DNA of 64,000 nt from Paraspadella gotoi (taxonomy: Eukaryota; Animalia; Chaetognatha), in NCBI GenBank assembly GCA_051294375.1, contig CM119268.1:7088861-7152860 (forward strand), given 5' to 3'. The notes under the pieces are model-generated. The model was given only the letters and a program-made list of their open reading frames with translations. It was not told the DNA's origin and did no database searches. The translations under genes were made by a program, and so were the position numbers. Below, piece by piece: positions 12,531 to 26,302 of the stretch (the stretch's first letter is position 1; each line of letters starts with the position of its first letter).

Positions 12531-14462
12531 CTTCACTCCATCATTTTTTCCTCCACTTCTTTTCTTTTTCATTGCATCTTCCCTTCGTCTCTTTCCTTGA
12601 TTCTTCCTCCCTCAACCTCTTTCCTTCTACCCCTCTTTCCTTCCTCCTTTCCTCCCCTTTCACAGCCTTTCACCTTTTCACTTGACCTTGACGAAAACAT
12701 CTGCCGATCCTCGGTCGTTCTACCTTTTGACCCCGGGGAGCCGCTCGGGCAATTTGCGCCCCCTTTCGGGGTCGTTAACAATTTAAAGAGAATCTCTTTG
12801 GAATGGAAGCGAAGCCTTTGATTCTCGCCCATCTGAGGTCAAACGCAAAAGTCGAAAGATGTTATTTTTTTTTATATTTTAGTCTCGACCGCTTTAAAGT
12901 TTCATATTTCCACATTGTCAAAATTGTTTGAAAAAATGGTTTTTTTTTAAACATACTAATCACAAAATTTGATTTACTTCAGTCTAAAGTTGGCTAAAAC
13001 ATTCAATTACTTGAACAAATGAAAAGGAGTCTACTGGGTTATCGAAATCTTTTGGCATTGGCTTAACAAAAAAATATTTTTTAAAATTTTTTTTTAATTT
13101 CAAAAATTATAAAAACAGAGGATACATAATGACGTAAAGTGACGTAAAAAACAATAACCAAAATAATAATAATTATAATAATTATAATAATAATAATAAT
13201 TACCGAATTGTATATTAGTATTTCGCTACTATTAATCGCGTGACTGTTATTGTGACGAATTCGCTGCCCCCGTGAAACGCATCGCTCCAAAGGTCCAATC
13301 CCAACGTGCCCTTCCGGCTCCAGCGCCATTCGGACCCTTCTCGAACTTATCCAGATCGTTCGACCGTTCTCAGTATGCACTATGCAATAGTGCACATTAT
13401 ACAATATACATACTATGCGCCTAATAGTCGACGTCAAATTCAATCGCCAAAACCGGCAATATTCAAATCCGATAGATAACGACGACGACAACTGCTAAAT
13501 AGCCCCCTGCCCCTCTTCTGGCTCTCCCTTCTCCTCTCTCTCTCTCTTCTCTCTCCTCTCATCTCTCTCTCTCTCTCTCTCGTCCTCCTCTCTCTCTCGG
13601 TCTCTCTCTCTCTCTCATTCTTCACTTCCGCGTTTTCTTAAAAGCCTCGTCAGAACGAACGAGGCGTCGAACGCTGGAACCGCGAGAAGAAAGCGTAAAA
13701 AAAAAAAACATCATAAAACATTTTGAAAACGTTTTTAACAACACACACTCTCTCTCGTCTCTCTCTCTCGCCTCTCTCTTCGTCCTCTCTCTCTCTCTCT
13801 CTCTCTCTCTTCTTCTTCTCTCTCCTCTCTCTCTTTCTCATTTTCTTTCAGTCTTAAATCACTCTGTCACTGAGTGATTAACGTAAACTGAAAAAACAGT
13901 TTAAAAACGATAGATATTGGGGGTCAAAAAACGTAATTCCATTCCGATTGAGTCCCCTTAAAACACATTTCTCATAAAATAAAACCTTTAAATTAAATAT
14001 GTTTAATTAAATATTATACACAAACTAAATATTATGCGGCTATTGAAGGGCTAACACTATTATAGCCAGAAAATGGCCCGTTTTTATTTTTTTATTCTAA
14101 ATGACAAACAAAGTTCAGTTCTTGGCATGTAAAGCGATACAATGTACAATTTTCGCCCCATCTATGTTAGATATATGTCCGGTCTAACCACACAATACGA
14201 GTCTACCAGAACATCAAGGGCCACACCTTGAACTGGTGAATGTTCCCGCATGCACGGATGTCCTCATACCGTCTCTCTGTAGTCTGTGCGCTTGAACCGG
14301 ATATATGTGAAGAAACTTTGGTATCCCGATGACGTCTTGGCCCGTGTGACCGGCGCCGAGTACGCAACACTTCGAATAAGCGCTGTCTCCTCATTCCGTC
14401 CGTACCGCATCGAAAGAAAAGGGGTTTAGAAGAGGGAGGTGGACTGGTTAGTAAGTTATTTC

Positions 14463-14580
14463 TTGTTTTGGCGTGGCGCCGCGGAAAGTACTTCCGCAGA
14501 GCAACTCTATAAAGTCACTTTCGGTCAGGCAGTGTCTGTACGGTGGCTTGTCGTATATCTGTCTGTCGCGTTGTCCCACT
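14463..14580. mobile_element. Family B copy in opposite orientation (another partial at ~15208-15270)
   Basis: gcgccgcgg...gagcaactctataaagtcactttcggtc...gtctgtc...gtcccac is the reverse complement of the family B end. Confidence 0.6.
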
Positions 14581-15743
14581 GACGTTACAAGATTCGTTGC
14601 TTGCTGTTGAATAAGCCAAGTTCAGTTTATGAGTAGAGCTTAGCTTGCTAACGAGTGACGTCGCGCGGAGCTCAGGAAATTTTAAATCTGTAAAGAATAA
14701 AATAGATGGAATTGCCGAATAGCGGTGCGGTGTTCTTAAATACAGAAAGTCACTGCGGCGCAAACACATTTGACGAACTTGTTATCTTAAGATAATAGGG
14801 ACGAAGGCATATTAGTCCTTCCAAAAGTCAAGGGGGGCAAGATAATTTATTTAGTATTGAATAAAAAATATTATTTTTTTTGCTCTCAAAATATCCAGTT
14901 TCAGGGTTGGAACGAATTGCTTCCAACTTTCCCCAATCAAATCCCATTGCAGATATCGAAGAAGGATTGCGAGGGTCGCCGGCCAACGGGGAGCCAATGG
15001 CGAAGACGCCAACCGGTCGTCGGGGGATAAATCCACCAAAGAATCTAGATCCACGATGCGTTTTTAATCCCTGATAAATCCCGCTTTGACATTCAACCCG
15101 CTTGCTTGATTTCCCGCTCGCTTGATTTCCCGCTCGCTTGATTTCCCGCTCGCTTCGCTTTGCTCTCTTGATGTCGAAGATGCAACGAAACATTCTGTTT
15201 TACTCCGTTTTTAGTCGCGTGTCTATATAAGACGCATTTCTGTCTGCCTGTCCGTCCGTCTGTTCGCCAAAACATAGATAATTACATTTTAAGAATAAGA
15301 GTGATGGAGGCCCTAATCATGTAATCATGTAACCAACTATATAGCCTGTCTAGTGTCCAATGTCAGTCCAATGTCAGTTAGTCGGAGATTAACATTTTTT
15401 TTTACGATTTTTTTTTTTAGATTTTCTTCTTACTATAACAGAACTCGACTATGCGAACAGGTTTGTCAATATAAATCGAACTAGTTGTAGTATGAAATAT
15501 ATGTAAAGGTTTTTATACATACCTGAACGATTGGGAGAAATCTTTTTTTTTTTTTCCGTTTATTTCTTTTGTCGTTTTTATCTATTGTTTGTTGTTTATT
15601 GTTTACTGTTTAATGTTTATTACTTTGTTTTTGTTGTTGAACGCTTTTCTTCTGCCATCGAGGTTAAGATAAAACGATAGACAATTGAGTCTGCGAGCGT
15701 GCTTTGGAAAAGGAAGCGAAAACGATTGAGGATGAGACGAGAC

Positions 15744-15817
<74 letters not shown>

Positions 15818-16989
15818 AGGGAGAATCTCAGCTGCGTTTTTATCGCTTTTTAGGTAGAGTGAAGAGGATAAAAAAAAAATCAAATGATTGTCGAAAGGAT
15901 CCTTTTTAGAAAATCCCTGGGAAACCCTTAAGAAGGAATTCCCTTTTATGCCGCGGTGGAATTAAACGCGGTCGTTCACATGACATGACATGGCAACCTA
16001 TAATATTTCTTCCGGTTAGTTCTTGCAACGGTATTACTGTTTCGGTTCCGTACTTATTAATGAGATTTTAATGAAAAAAAATTTAAATGGGTTTGTCATT
16101 CATTTCGCTTTGATGATTCGAAACTTTAATTGAAAACAAAAACATCGGTCTGTCCTTGGAGTCTCTCTGCAAGAAGGAGCCACTGATGCCAGAATGGCGT
16201 TGATTATCGAGCGAATACGTTGGCCGGGAAATTTTCAAAGGCTGACTAACAGACTTGAATTATCTTTGTTGGAAACTTTTTGTTTATTGTTTATTTCATA
16301 CTATTTCATACTATCATAGGTATTTAATCAAATATTCAATTGTCAAAATAAGACTTAAATTATTCGTAACGAATTTAAATTAGCTTCCACAGCGGCGGTG
16401 TGCGGCGGTGAGAGGCGGTCAGCTGCGGTCAGCGGCGTTCAGTGGTGGTCATCGGCGCAAAAGTGACGCTAACGAAATTTTGACGCCGCTTTGAAGAATT
16501 AGGAGGGCGTCTCGTTGAAAATGACGCCAACTAAATGGCAACTCTTTGACGACAACAATTGCGATGCCAGCGCGAACAAACTTAGGCGCTGCGGAGTAAC
16601 TTTTTTTTTTGGGTAGTATTTACTGTCGTCAATAACCTTCATCAATAATTAGCCTAGTGTTCGTTTTTATGGAGATGCGCTTTAAAAGATGGATTGGGTT
16701 TCATTTCTTTAGCCATAATACTTTAAAATATATTTAAAGAAAAATCCGGGTTTTTTTTTGCAGCTTTTTTTTTTTTTATCAATTTTGACACAGTTGGCCG
16801 CATTTACTATATAATTTTTTTGACAAAAAAAGTTATTAAAAAAATTAAATTAATTTAAATTAAATTAAATTAAAAAAGAAATCTTTTTTAAAATAAAATT
16901 CAATTTAATATTAAAGGCAAAAACCAAAAGGGTGAAAACGATTTTTCAAGTGACGAAAGTTGACCGAATCCAACGATATTAAAAAAAAT

Positions 16990-17054
<65 letters not shown>

Positions 17055-17717
17055 TCGTTCGTCTTTCTCGCGCGCGCGCCGGTGAGAGGAAAGAAGGGAA
17101 TGATTGCGAGAGAGAGCGAGAGAGAGAGCGAGAGAGCGAGGATGAGGAAGAAAAAAGCGAGAGCGAGAGAGTAATAGTAGCAAGGAAGGACAAGTCCCTT
17201 CGCCGGCATTTTGCGACAAAAAGAAAGTCGAATCCGGAATTTGCCAAACACGTAAAAACGAATGGATGTTAACCGGAGTTTGTTTGCTTAGTTCGTAAAT
17301 TCTTATCGGAAAAAACATTTCAAATTAGAAAACTTTAAATGCAAAAAATTTAAATCGTCTTGAAAATGTTTATTACTTATGTTTAAATTCATCGGCTGAT
17401 AAAAAAATTGTTTACATTTGGTTGGGAAAGTGGATAGAAAAGTTCAGATGAAAATGTGTTAACAACAACGAGTTTTTAATTTTAAATGGAAATGGATAAA
17501 ACAAGGAAATAATTTAACTAGTCCACGAAATTATTTCCTTCTTGCATATGGATCCACTAATGAGCTTTTTCTAATCTTACAATGTAAGTTTCATTAAGAG
17601 TTTTCCAAAGGTGGACGAAAAAATGGAATGAGACAATGCATCGTATTTGCAAAAGACTGAGCTCTGTCATTGAAAGAAAAATGAGATGTCACAAAGTTAC
17701 TAAAAATGATTAAAACA

Positions 17718-18104
17718 GGGCACTATTTTCCAAAAGCCCCCATTTCTTTTCATTAATCCCCGAAATTAATTTTAATTTTAATTTTTAGCCTTAATCTTTT
17801 TCCAAATACATAACCTAAATCTCTAAACCTTGATTTTTAATCTTGAACCCTAACTAATCCAATTCCTTAAATCTCTAAACTTTAATTTTTAATCTTGAAC
17901 CCTAACTAATCCAATTCCTTAATCTCTAAACTAATCCTTAACCAAATCCTTAACCAAATTTTTAACCAAATCCTTAACCAAATCCTTAACCAAATCCTTA
18001 ACCAAATCCTTAACCAAATCCTTAACCTTTACCATAATATTTTAAAAAAAATTAAATTAATTTTGAATTTAAGATGAAATGGAGCGCTTTAGAAAAATGA
18101 GGCC
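17718..18104. mobile_element. Family C complete MITE-like element: ~29-bp imperfect TIRs enclosing CCTAA-like arrays including 12-bp (aaccaaatcctt)n
   Basis: Left end gggcactattttccaaaagcccccatttc. Right end gaaatggagcgctttagaaaaatgaggcc, reverse complement ggcctcatttttctaaagcgctccatttc. Confidence 0.65.
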
Positions 18105-19771
18105 GAAAAGGGATCGTCGTTGTCATCGTCTTCTCCTTCGTCATTTTTCTATTCGTCGTCCTTCGTCGAGTCATGAAAAGTTTTAAAATTTAAATTGAAA
18201 TTAAAATTTAAAAAACCTACTGTAAAGTTTACGTTCTTTATTCTTTCTTTTCTTATTTTTAAAGTATAAATTATTTTTTTGTAAATTCTTATCCTTGTGT
18301 CACAAGTTGGGATTCTATTTTGAATATTGAGGGCTCACCCACAATAAAAGAGGTGAAATATACAAAGAATAAGTTAGAAATCTAAAAATCTGCGCCTTTG
18401 TCCTTTTGGAAAGTTCGATCTTCAAAAATAAAGTCACAAAATTTTTTTTCTCTCTTGTATTTGGATTTGTTATATTTGTAATTGTAATAATTGTATTCTT
18501 ATCTTTATTAAAAGCTATGGCCTTTTGTCTCAGCCCGACATTACAACCGACTTAGAGCGCCCCAAAGTAGCGAAAGAGAAAACGAGGAACGAATAATGAA
18601 CAAAAGACATATTTAAGCCGAATTGGGAAGAAAAGGAACTAACTATACTTCAACTCGGATGAAATTCTGTACCAATAAAAAACAGAATATTTTTTTTTCC
18701 TATATAAGTTTCAACATGTAAAATTTGCCTGTACAACTATCAATAAGATTCAATATTTCTTCATTCGTTACTAATTCCGTTACCGACATCGTTACTGATT
18801 CTCCAATCTTTCGTTAGGTATTGAACGAGATGGCTTATAATCCAGGGGCCGATTGGAAGCTAGTTAGCTTGGCCGTAGCAATGGTGCTTCTACCTCTTCC
18901 GAGGCTCAAAGATTTTTAATTAAATAAACAATATAATCTTAACCAACTTACAATTATATTCAATTTTTCAAGAATAAAAAATCTGTTACATATTAAAAAG
19001 TTAAGGAATTAAAAGAATGTTTTATATCTTACGTTAAATGCCTAAGATCCTTCTTTTAAAATGAGCTATGAAACATTCACTATTTTATTCAGTATTTTTC
19101 TAATTTAATTATCGATAAAGAGTTACGAATATTGAATATCTTGAATAAATTCTCAAATCATTTTTTAATGATTTTTAAATTCTTTTAATGATTTGTGGAC
19201 TCGATTAATATTGCTGACCGAAAGATTCCCCGGGGACAATCTTTGCGTAGCAACGAATAAAAGTAAGATTGCTTTCGATGTGCAATGTACACGCGACTTC
19301 ATACACCTCATACTTAATTCTTCTTCTCCTCTTTTCTCTTCCTCTTTTTTTTTATTCCACTGTCAGTCCTCTCGACGCGTATTTGAGAGTCGCGTTATCA
19401 CGTCACAAATTCTCTGACATCGACGTCATTGGTCGCTTGTCTCGCGCACGAATCTCGGCCATTGGAAGAATCCGCCGTGGCGCGAGTTGCGTTCTCGTTC
19501 TAGTGTCATACTCTTTTTTTTTTATCTGTTCTTCTCTCTCTTCTTCCTCTCTCTTCTCTACCTCTCATCTTCTCTCCTCTGTCTCTCTCTCTCTCTCTTC
19601 TCTCTCTCTTCTTCTCTCTCTCCTCTTTCCTGGACGTTTTTCGTTTTCCTTTCTCAGTTTATTTTCTCTCTAGGATTTTCTTTTTCCTTTCAGGGCGCCA
19701 CTGCTGCATTCGCCTTGCTTTTTGCCTTTCCACCAAAAAGGGAGGAAACAAAAAAAATTTACCGCAATATT

Positions 19772-19819
<48 letters not shown>

Positions 19820-22605
19820 GAGAGAGAGAGGAGAGACGAAGAGAGAGAAAGAATTGACACAGAGAGCTAACAACCACTACACGGCCACATATTTTGGATA
19901 ATAACTGCAATGTATTTCTTCCTTGACGCGCGACCCTTCACATTGTGTTTAAACATGCTCTGCTCTGTCTCTCTCTCTTCTGACCTGAGCTTCGCATCGG
20001 TCTCATCTCTCGTCTCTCTTCGTCTCTCATCTCGCTCTCTCTCTCTCGTCTCCTCTCCTCTCTTCTCAATCATTATTACTCTCATCACATCGTTCTAAAA
20101 GAATTAATCTCTTTGGTCTTTACATTGCATTGTAATCATCTTCTCACGCAAGATGCGACGTAAAAGACGATCAGAAAAAAAGAAAAAAAAAAGTCTAACG
20201 CAGCATTGCGAAGAATTAAAAAAAAATGAAAGAAAAAAAGTGGAATGGTTATGACTTTATCATTGATTAAAGTCTTCAAATACCAAATATTTTATTTCAT
20301 TTCGTCAAGCTCACCTTCGTTAAAAAAAACAAAAAACGACATGTATCATGTTTTTGCCAAACTGGATTAAAAATCGATTGGCATAAAACCTAAACGGTTG
20401 AAAAAATAAAAATCAAGTATTTCAGTTAAAGTCATTGTACTAACTAAACTAAAGCCATTAGATTTAGATTTTGGTAGATTTTGCTATTAATTACAATTGC
20501 TAAGCCGATTGGGCTCGGCTCACGTGAATGTTTTTTGAACGTCCGCTTCTAAATCTCGCCTTCCGTGACGGGTAACAAACAACTGTTGATAACGAATAAT
20601 AAATAATAATAATAAAATAATAATAAATAATAAATAATAATAACAAATAACAAACAACCGTTGATAACAAACAACCGTCCCCGTGGTTTCTATTCTTCAC
20701 TAATTTTTGGATTTCGGTTTTTTTGTTGTCAAGTTTGTAATGGATTATTATTAAATGTCAAATATTAGTTCATTTAAAAATTCTCGTTTCATGCTCCGTA
20801 GTTAATTTCTTTTCTTTGTCTGCCTCTGTCTTCTGTCTTCTGTCTCTCTCTCTNNNNNNNNNNNNNNNNNNNNNNNNNNNNNNNNNNNNNNNNNNNNNNN
20901 NNNNNNNNNNNNNNNNNNNNNNNNNNNNNNNNNNNNNNNNNNNNNNNNNNNNNNNNNNNNNNNNNNNNNNNNNNNNNNNNNNNNNNNNNNNNNNNNNNNN
21001 NNNNNNNNNNNNNNNNNNNNNNNNNNNNNNNNNNNNNNNNNNNNNNNNNNNNNNNNNNNNNNNNNNNNNNNNNNNNNNNNNNNNNNNNNNNNNNNNNNNN
21101 NNNNNNNNNNNNNNNNNNNNNNNNNNNNNNNNNNNNNNNNNNNNNNNNNNNNNNNNNNNNNNNNNNNNNNNNNNNNNNNNNNNNNNNNNNNNNNNNNNNN
21201 NNNNNNNNNNNNNNNNNNNNNNNNNNNNNNNNNNNNNNNNNNNNNNNNNNNNNNNNNNNNNNNNNNNNNNNNNNNNNNNNNNNNNNNNNNNNNNNNNNNN
21301 NNNNNNNNNNNNNNNNNNNNNNNNNNNNNNNNNNNNNNNNNNNNNNNNNNNNNNNNNNNNNNNNNNNNNNNNNNNNNNNNNNNNNNNNNNNNNNNNNNNN
21401 NNNNNNNNNNNNNNNNNNNNNNNNNNNNNNNNNNNNNNNNNNNNNNNNNNNNNNNNNNNNNNNNNNNNNNNNNNNNNNNNNNNNNNNNNNNNNNNNNNNN
21501 NNNNNNNNNNNNNNNNNNNNNNNNNNNNNNNNAGAGAGAGATGAAGTGAAAGAGGGGGTAAGTTAAGGGGAAGGAGAAATCGGAAAGTAACAAATTAAGG
21601 GAGAAGAAAGAGATGAAAAGGAGGAAAATAAAAGAAAAAAGAAAAAGAGGAAATTAAGAGAAGTTCGAACTGGAAGGTGCAAAAACGAGGGAGAGAGGCC
21701 GGGAGAGAGAGACGAAGAAAAAAAAAGGTGGGTATTTTACTGAAAATGATCATTACTTAAATTTGGCCGCATGGAATTTCTGATCATTTTGTTTTCAGTT
21801 TTGCAGTTATGTACATAAAGTTTCTCATAGTGCATAACCTTTCTAAAGAGATAGAGAGAGAGAGAGAGAAAGGGTAACAATTTTGGGGGCAACGTAATTC
21901 CTTCGGCGCCATTGTACCCTAGAAATTAACGGTATGAGCTCCCAGGCGTAATATTTCAAAAAGTCGAGTTTCCTATTCGTATATATGGCGTTCGGGTCTC
22001 CAGACTTCAGAGTATAATTCCGCGGAAAAGTCTGACGTCAATTCCCTTTCGCAAATAGTAAGACGGAGGTGGATTAAATTCTTTTCTTTCTCTTAACATA
22101 GCAAGACTTCTGTCAAGACTCTCTCACAGTCCTCGTTCATTCACTTCCCAGAGTATGGATACAGGAGCATCCGTCAAGAATTTCTGAAAGTTGAGAGTTC
22201 AAATCCCAGAGCTTTCCTTTTTATTTAACCATCACAATGTCCCAGAATTGAGCAGAGAGCGTCCGCTTACGTTGCCATAGTTTTCGATAAAAATTATTTC
22301 TGATAATCATAAATGTATTCTAGTTATATTTCTTGCCGTCTCAGAAATTCTTCCGAATCCGGTTCCACTTTTGGTGAGGCTGATACTCCTGCGAATGATA
22401 CTGTGTGCTACTGTATGAAATTGGTACATATGTCATATTTCAATATATTATTTAGGATAAAAATCAAACATAATCTGAAAGTGTTTTCGTCCATGTCTCG
22501 AGCCTCTTTCGTTAAACGAGAAGGCATTGAAGAAAATACAACAAACTAATGCTCAATGAAAACAAGGTGTTGCGCCGCATTACTTTTCTTTCTGCTTATC
22601 ATGTC

Positions 22606-22803
22606 ATTTATTCTTTATAGTTTATAATATTTCTTTAAAAACAAAAGGCGGCGCCAGTAATCGCTTAGATTTGATTTTTAACAAATGAGCAACAAACTAT
22701 AGGATGTTTTTAACATAAGTGGGACAGACCAACGGACTGACATACCGACGGACCGACGGACCGAAAAGTGACTTATAGAGTTGCTCCGCGGCGCAACTAA
22801 AAA
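22606..22803. mobile_element. Family B copy with the best-preserved end
   Basis: gggacagaccaacggactgacataccgacggaccgacggaccgaaaagtgacttatagagttgctccgcggcgcaactaaaaa. Hairpin agttgc...gcaact lies next to an A/T run. Confidence 0.7.
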
Positions 22804-22939
22804 GATGGTATATACTTAAAAATAAAAATAGCTTAAAAAAAAAACAAAAGAAAACGCGAGCAATGAATGCCCTTTGGAAATCCTGAAAGGAAGAAGAGTA
22901 TGAGAATATATCTTTTCTCTGGGGTTCACGAAATAAGGC

Positions 22940-22998
<59 letters not shown>

Positions 22999-23106
22999 TA
23001 ACTAAAAAAGATGGAAATAATGTTTATGTTGTGCCAGCGCAGAGGTCTTGGAAGAAACATAAATATCGAGGACCGGGACAAGAAAATATGGTCAAAAGAA
23101 GAAAAG

Positions 23107-23157
<51 letters not shown>

Positions 23158-24569
23158 GCCAGAGGAACGGCCTGCAAGGTCTTTTTTCCTGGTTTAAATG
23201 GAATTCTCGAGAGGGAATGGTTGGGAATGAAAGCAGAAACTTGAGAGCTTTGCTTTTAAGAAAAAGAGATAAAGCGTCATGAGCAGAAATCGTCTTATTT
23301 AAAACGGATCAATACATCCTATTTTTATGTACCAATTTTATACGAATTGCCTTCTTTTCGGTTTCATTTTAAAATCCCCTGGTCGTTTTTTTTGGGTCCC
23401 GTTTTCTTGAACTTATTGCATAAACCATGATAGGTATAAGTTTTATACATATTAAATAATTTTGGACTGTCACGCGTCTAGAAATTTAATGCGGCATAAT
23501 TTATGTAATACGGCTAATATATAAGCAAATGTAGGACTAAGCTCTGACGAACAAAGCCAGAGGTTTTTTTAATATATTCTTATACCGGCCAGGGTAGAAT
23601 GATGGCAATATTGTTAATATTAAGTTTCAAAAAAATCCTATCATAAATATATAAAATATTAACCAAAATCTTTGAAAAATCGACCCTTTCTTTGGAAGAT
23701 TTTTGCCATAGAAGATTTTTCCTGAATCTGACTCCCGGTTGAAAACTCTTAGAATTCCGATCGTTAGCTCCTCTTTTACTTTTACTTTAAATTAAAATTT
23801 CACCAAAATGGACTAATTCACTTTCCCATGATCGTATCATATCAAAATAACCAAATAAAATATAAAGAAAAATTTTGAGAGCCCTTGAGACATATGGCTA
23901 TCGGATTCCTGAATTCGAAGTTTATCGTAAAATCACAACATATGTTAAATGCGTTGACATTGTATTGAAGTTGAGAAATCCCTTTATATATAAAAATTGC
24001 GTCAAAAATATTTTCCCGAGCAGACCAGTCCATTTGAATCTGATGGTTTGATGTCAAAATGATGGTTATTTGTCAAGAGAAAAAAAATGCGAGCCCTTCA
24101 GATGCAACAGGATCGGAATCGAGTGTTTTTACATCTATTTTTTACCTGAATTTTTCCCAGGGGCGTTGACATTATTTGGTAGTCAGATTTTAACGAAAAT
24201 CTCCATTGAAAAAGTCTTCCTCGATTTCTAAGAACGACGTTGACTCCTAGCAAATGCTTGTTTGACCACAGAGAAATACGGTCACGAGATCAAAAAGAAA
24301 ATGCGGTTTATTTCACGTTATTTCTTACATGAGATGCTAAGGTTCCAGGTCTCTGCGGCCCAACAACTTTTTTTTACAATATATAATAATATACAATATA
24401 AAACATCTTTAAACATCCTTTGTTTTTTCATACATCCCCTTTTCTTTCTCACACGTCAAACTCTTTAAACTTTCTCCTTTCGTCTCTTTGTTTATTCCCT
24501 CCCATATTTTTTCAAGTCGTCGCCTTGAACCTGTCCTTCTTCGAAATGAGACTTTTTCCTTTTCTGGAG

Positions 24570-25280
24570 CGTCGTCGTCGTCGTCGTCGTTGTCGTCGTC
24601 TTCGGCGTCGTCGTCGTTTTCGTCGTCGTTTTCGTCGTCGTCATCGTAGTCGTCAGTGTCAGCGTCGTTGTCTTCGTCGTCGTCGTCTTCATCGTTTTCG
24701 TCGTCGTTGTCGTCTTTGTCATTTTCATCGTNNNNNNNNNNNNNNNNNNNNNNNNNNNNNNNNNNNNNNNNNNNNNNNNNNNNNNNNNNNNNNNNNNNNN
24801 NNNNNNNNNNNNNNNNNNNNNNNNNNNNNNNNNNNNNNNNNNNNNNNNNNNNNNNNNNNNNNNNNNNNNNNNNNNNNNNNNNNNNNNNNNNNNNNNNNNN
24901 NNNNNNNNNNNNNNNNNNNNNNNNNNNNNNNNNNNNNNNNNNNNNNNNNNNNNNNNNNNNNNNNNNNNNNNNNNNNNNNNNNNNNNNNNNNNNNNNNNNN
25001 NNNNNNNNNNNNNNNNNNNNNNNNNNNNNNNNNNNNNNNNNNNNNNNNNNNNNNNNNNNNNNNNNNNNNNNNNNNNNTCGTCGTCGTCGTCGTCTTCGTC
25101 GTCGTCGTCATTGTCGTCTTCGAGTTCGTCGTCGACGCCATCAGCGTCGTCGTCATGCTGTTAAACTAACTGAGAGGAACATTATCACGTCATCACCATC
25201 ATCATCATCATAATCATCATCATCATCATCATCATCATCATTATCATCATCATCATCATCATCATCATTGTCGTCGTCGT
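24570..25280. repeat. (CGT)n and (CAT)n trinucleotide microsatellites around a gap
   Basis: Directly visible. Produces the poly-R/S/T/V ORFs in the track. Confidence 0.9.
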
Positions 25281-25558
25281 TTTTTAATTTTTTTAATTTT
25301 ACAATAAAAAATGAAAGGAAAAAAAAAATTCAATTCAAATTAAAGTGAAAATTCTTCGACTGAAGAGAAAAAAAATCAGTGAAGCGTGAGCTTTCACCGA
25401 AGAAGCTCCCTTCCTTCACAGCTTCACAGGGTTTTTGTGAGAGGGTGACATGACCCGCACGGTCGTGTCAGATGAGCGACCGAGGGACACACCCACTTCT
25501 CGCTTTTGCAGGAGATAATTTAGAATTCAGGTTTTATTTCTGGTTTTTTTTTGCTCTC

Positions 25559-25593
<35 letters not shown>

Positions 25594-26005
25594 NNNNNNN
25601 NNNNNNNNNNNNNNNNNNNNNNNNNNNNNNNNNNNNNNNNNNNNNNNNNNNNNNNNNNNNNNNNNNNNNNNNNNNNNNNNNNNNNNNNNNNNNNNNNNNN
25701 NNNNNNNNNNNNNNNNNNNNNNNNNNNNNNNNNNNNNNNNNNNNNNNNNNNNNNNNNNNNNNNNNNNNNNNNNNNNNNNNNNNNNNNNNNNNNNNNNNNN
25801 NNNNNNNNNNNNNNNNNNNNNNNNNNNNNNNNNNNNNNNNNNNNNNNNNNNNNNNCCTTTCCTCCTTTCCTCCTTTCGCCGTCGACAGCGTCTGACCTTA
25901 ATCTGCTTCCTAACTTACCAGGTGCAGCCTCTCTATTCTATTATTAAATTTCTTCGTCACTTTTTTAAATATTTATTTATTTATTTATTTATTTAATATT
26001 TATTT

Positions 26006-26037
<32 letters not shown>

Positions 26038-26266
26038 TCTATTTATTTATTTATTTAATTTATCTATTTACTTATTTATTTATATATTTATATATTTATA
26101 TATTCATCTATTTATCTATTTATTTCACCATCTATTTATTCATTAATTCATTCCTTCTCTCCCCCTTCTTTCTTTTCCTTCCTAACCTTTTTTCTCGATC
26201 GTCATAAAAGAGTGAAAAATCCCGTCCTCACCACACAGATTCTGATGACGAGGGTCGCGACGTTCG

Positions 26267-26302
26267 GGGTCATCCAAGGTCGTCCAAGGTCAAACAAGGT
26301 CA
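26267..26302 (+). promoter_or_regulatory. Four nuclear-receptor half-sites at DR4 spacing (candidate response-element cluster)
   Basis: GGGTCA-tcca-AGGTCG-tcca-AGGTCA-aaca-AGGTCA. Includes CCAAGGTCA, an NR5A/ERR-type monomer site. Confidence 0.35.

Noticed and set aside
12135-12821. 228-aa F/S/L/H-rich ORF
   Set aside because: Translation of a 28-bp pyrimidine minisatellite that cannot contain stops.
13250-13380. G1-like VRMALEPEGHVG or ABC-like GPNGAG readings
   Set aside because: Neither has the invariant GK[S/T], and there are no convincing splice sites.
15095-15155. P-loop-like GNQASGKS in ORF 14828-15193
   Set aside because: Generated by a 16-bp tandem repeat (cttgatttcccgctcg), with no preceding hydrophobic beta strand.
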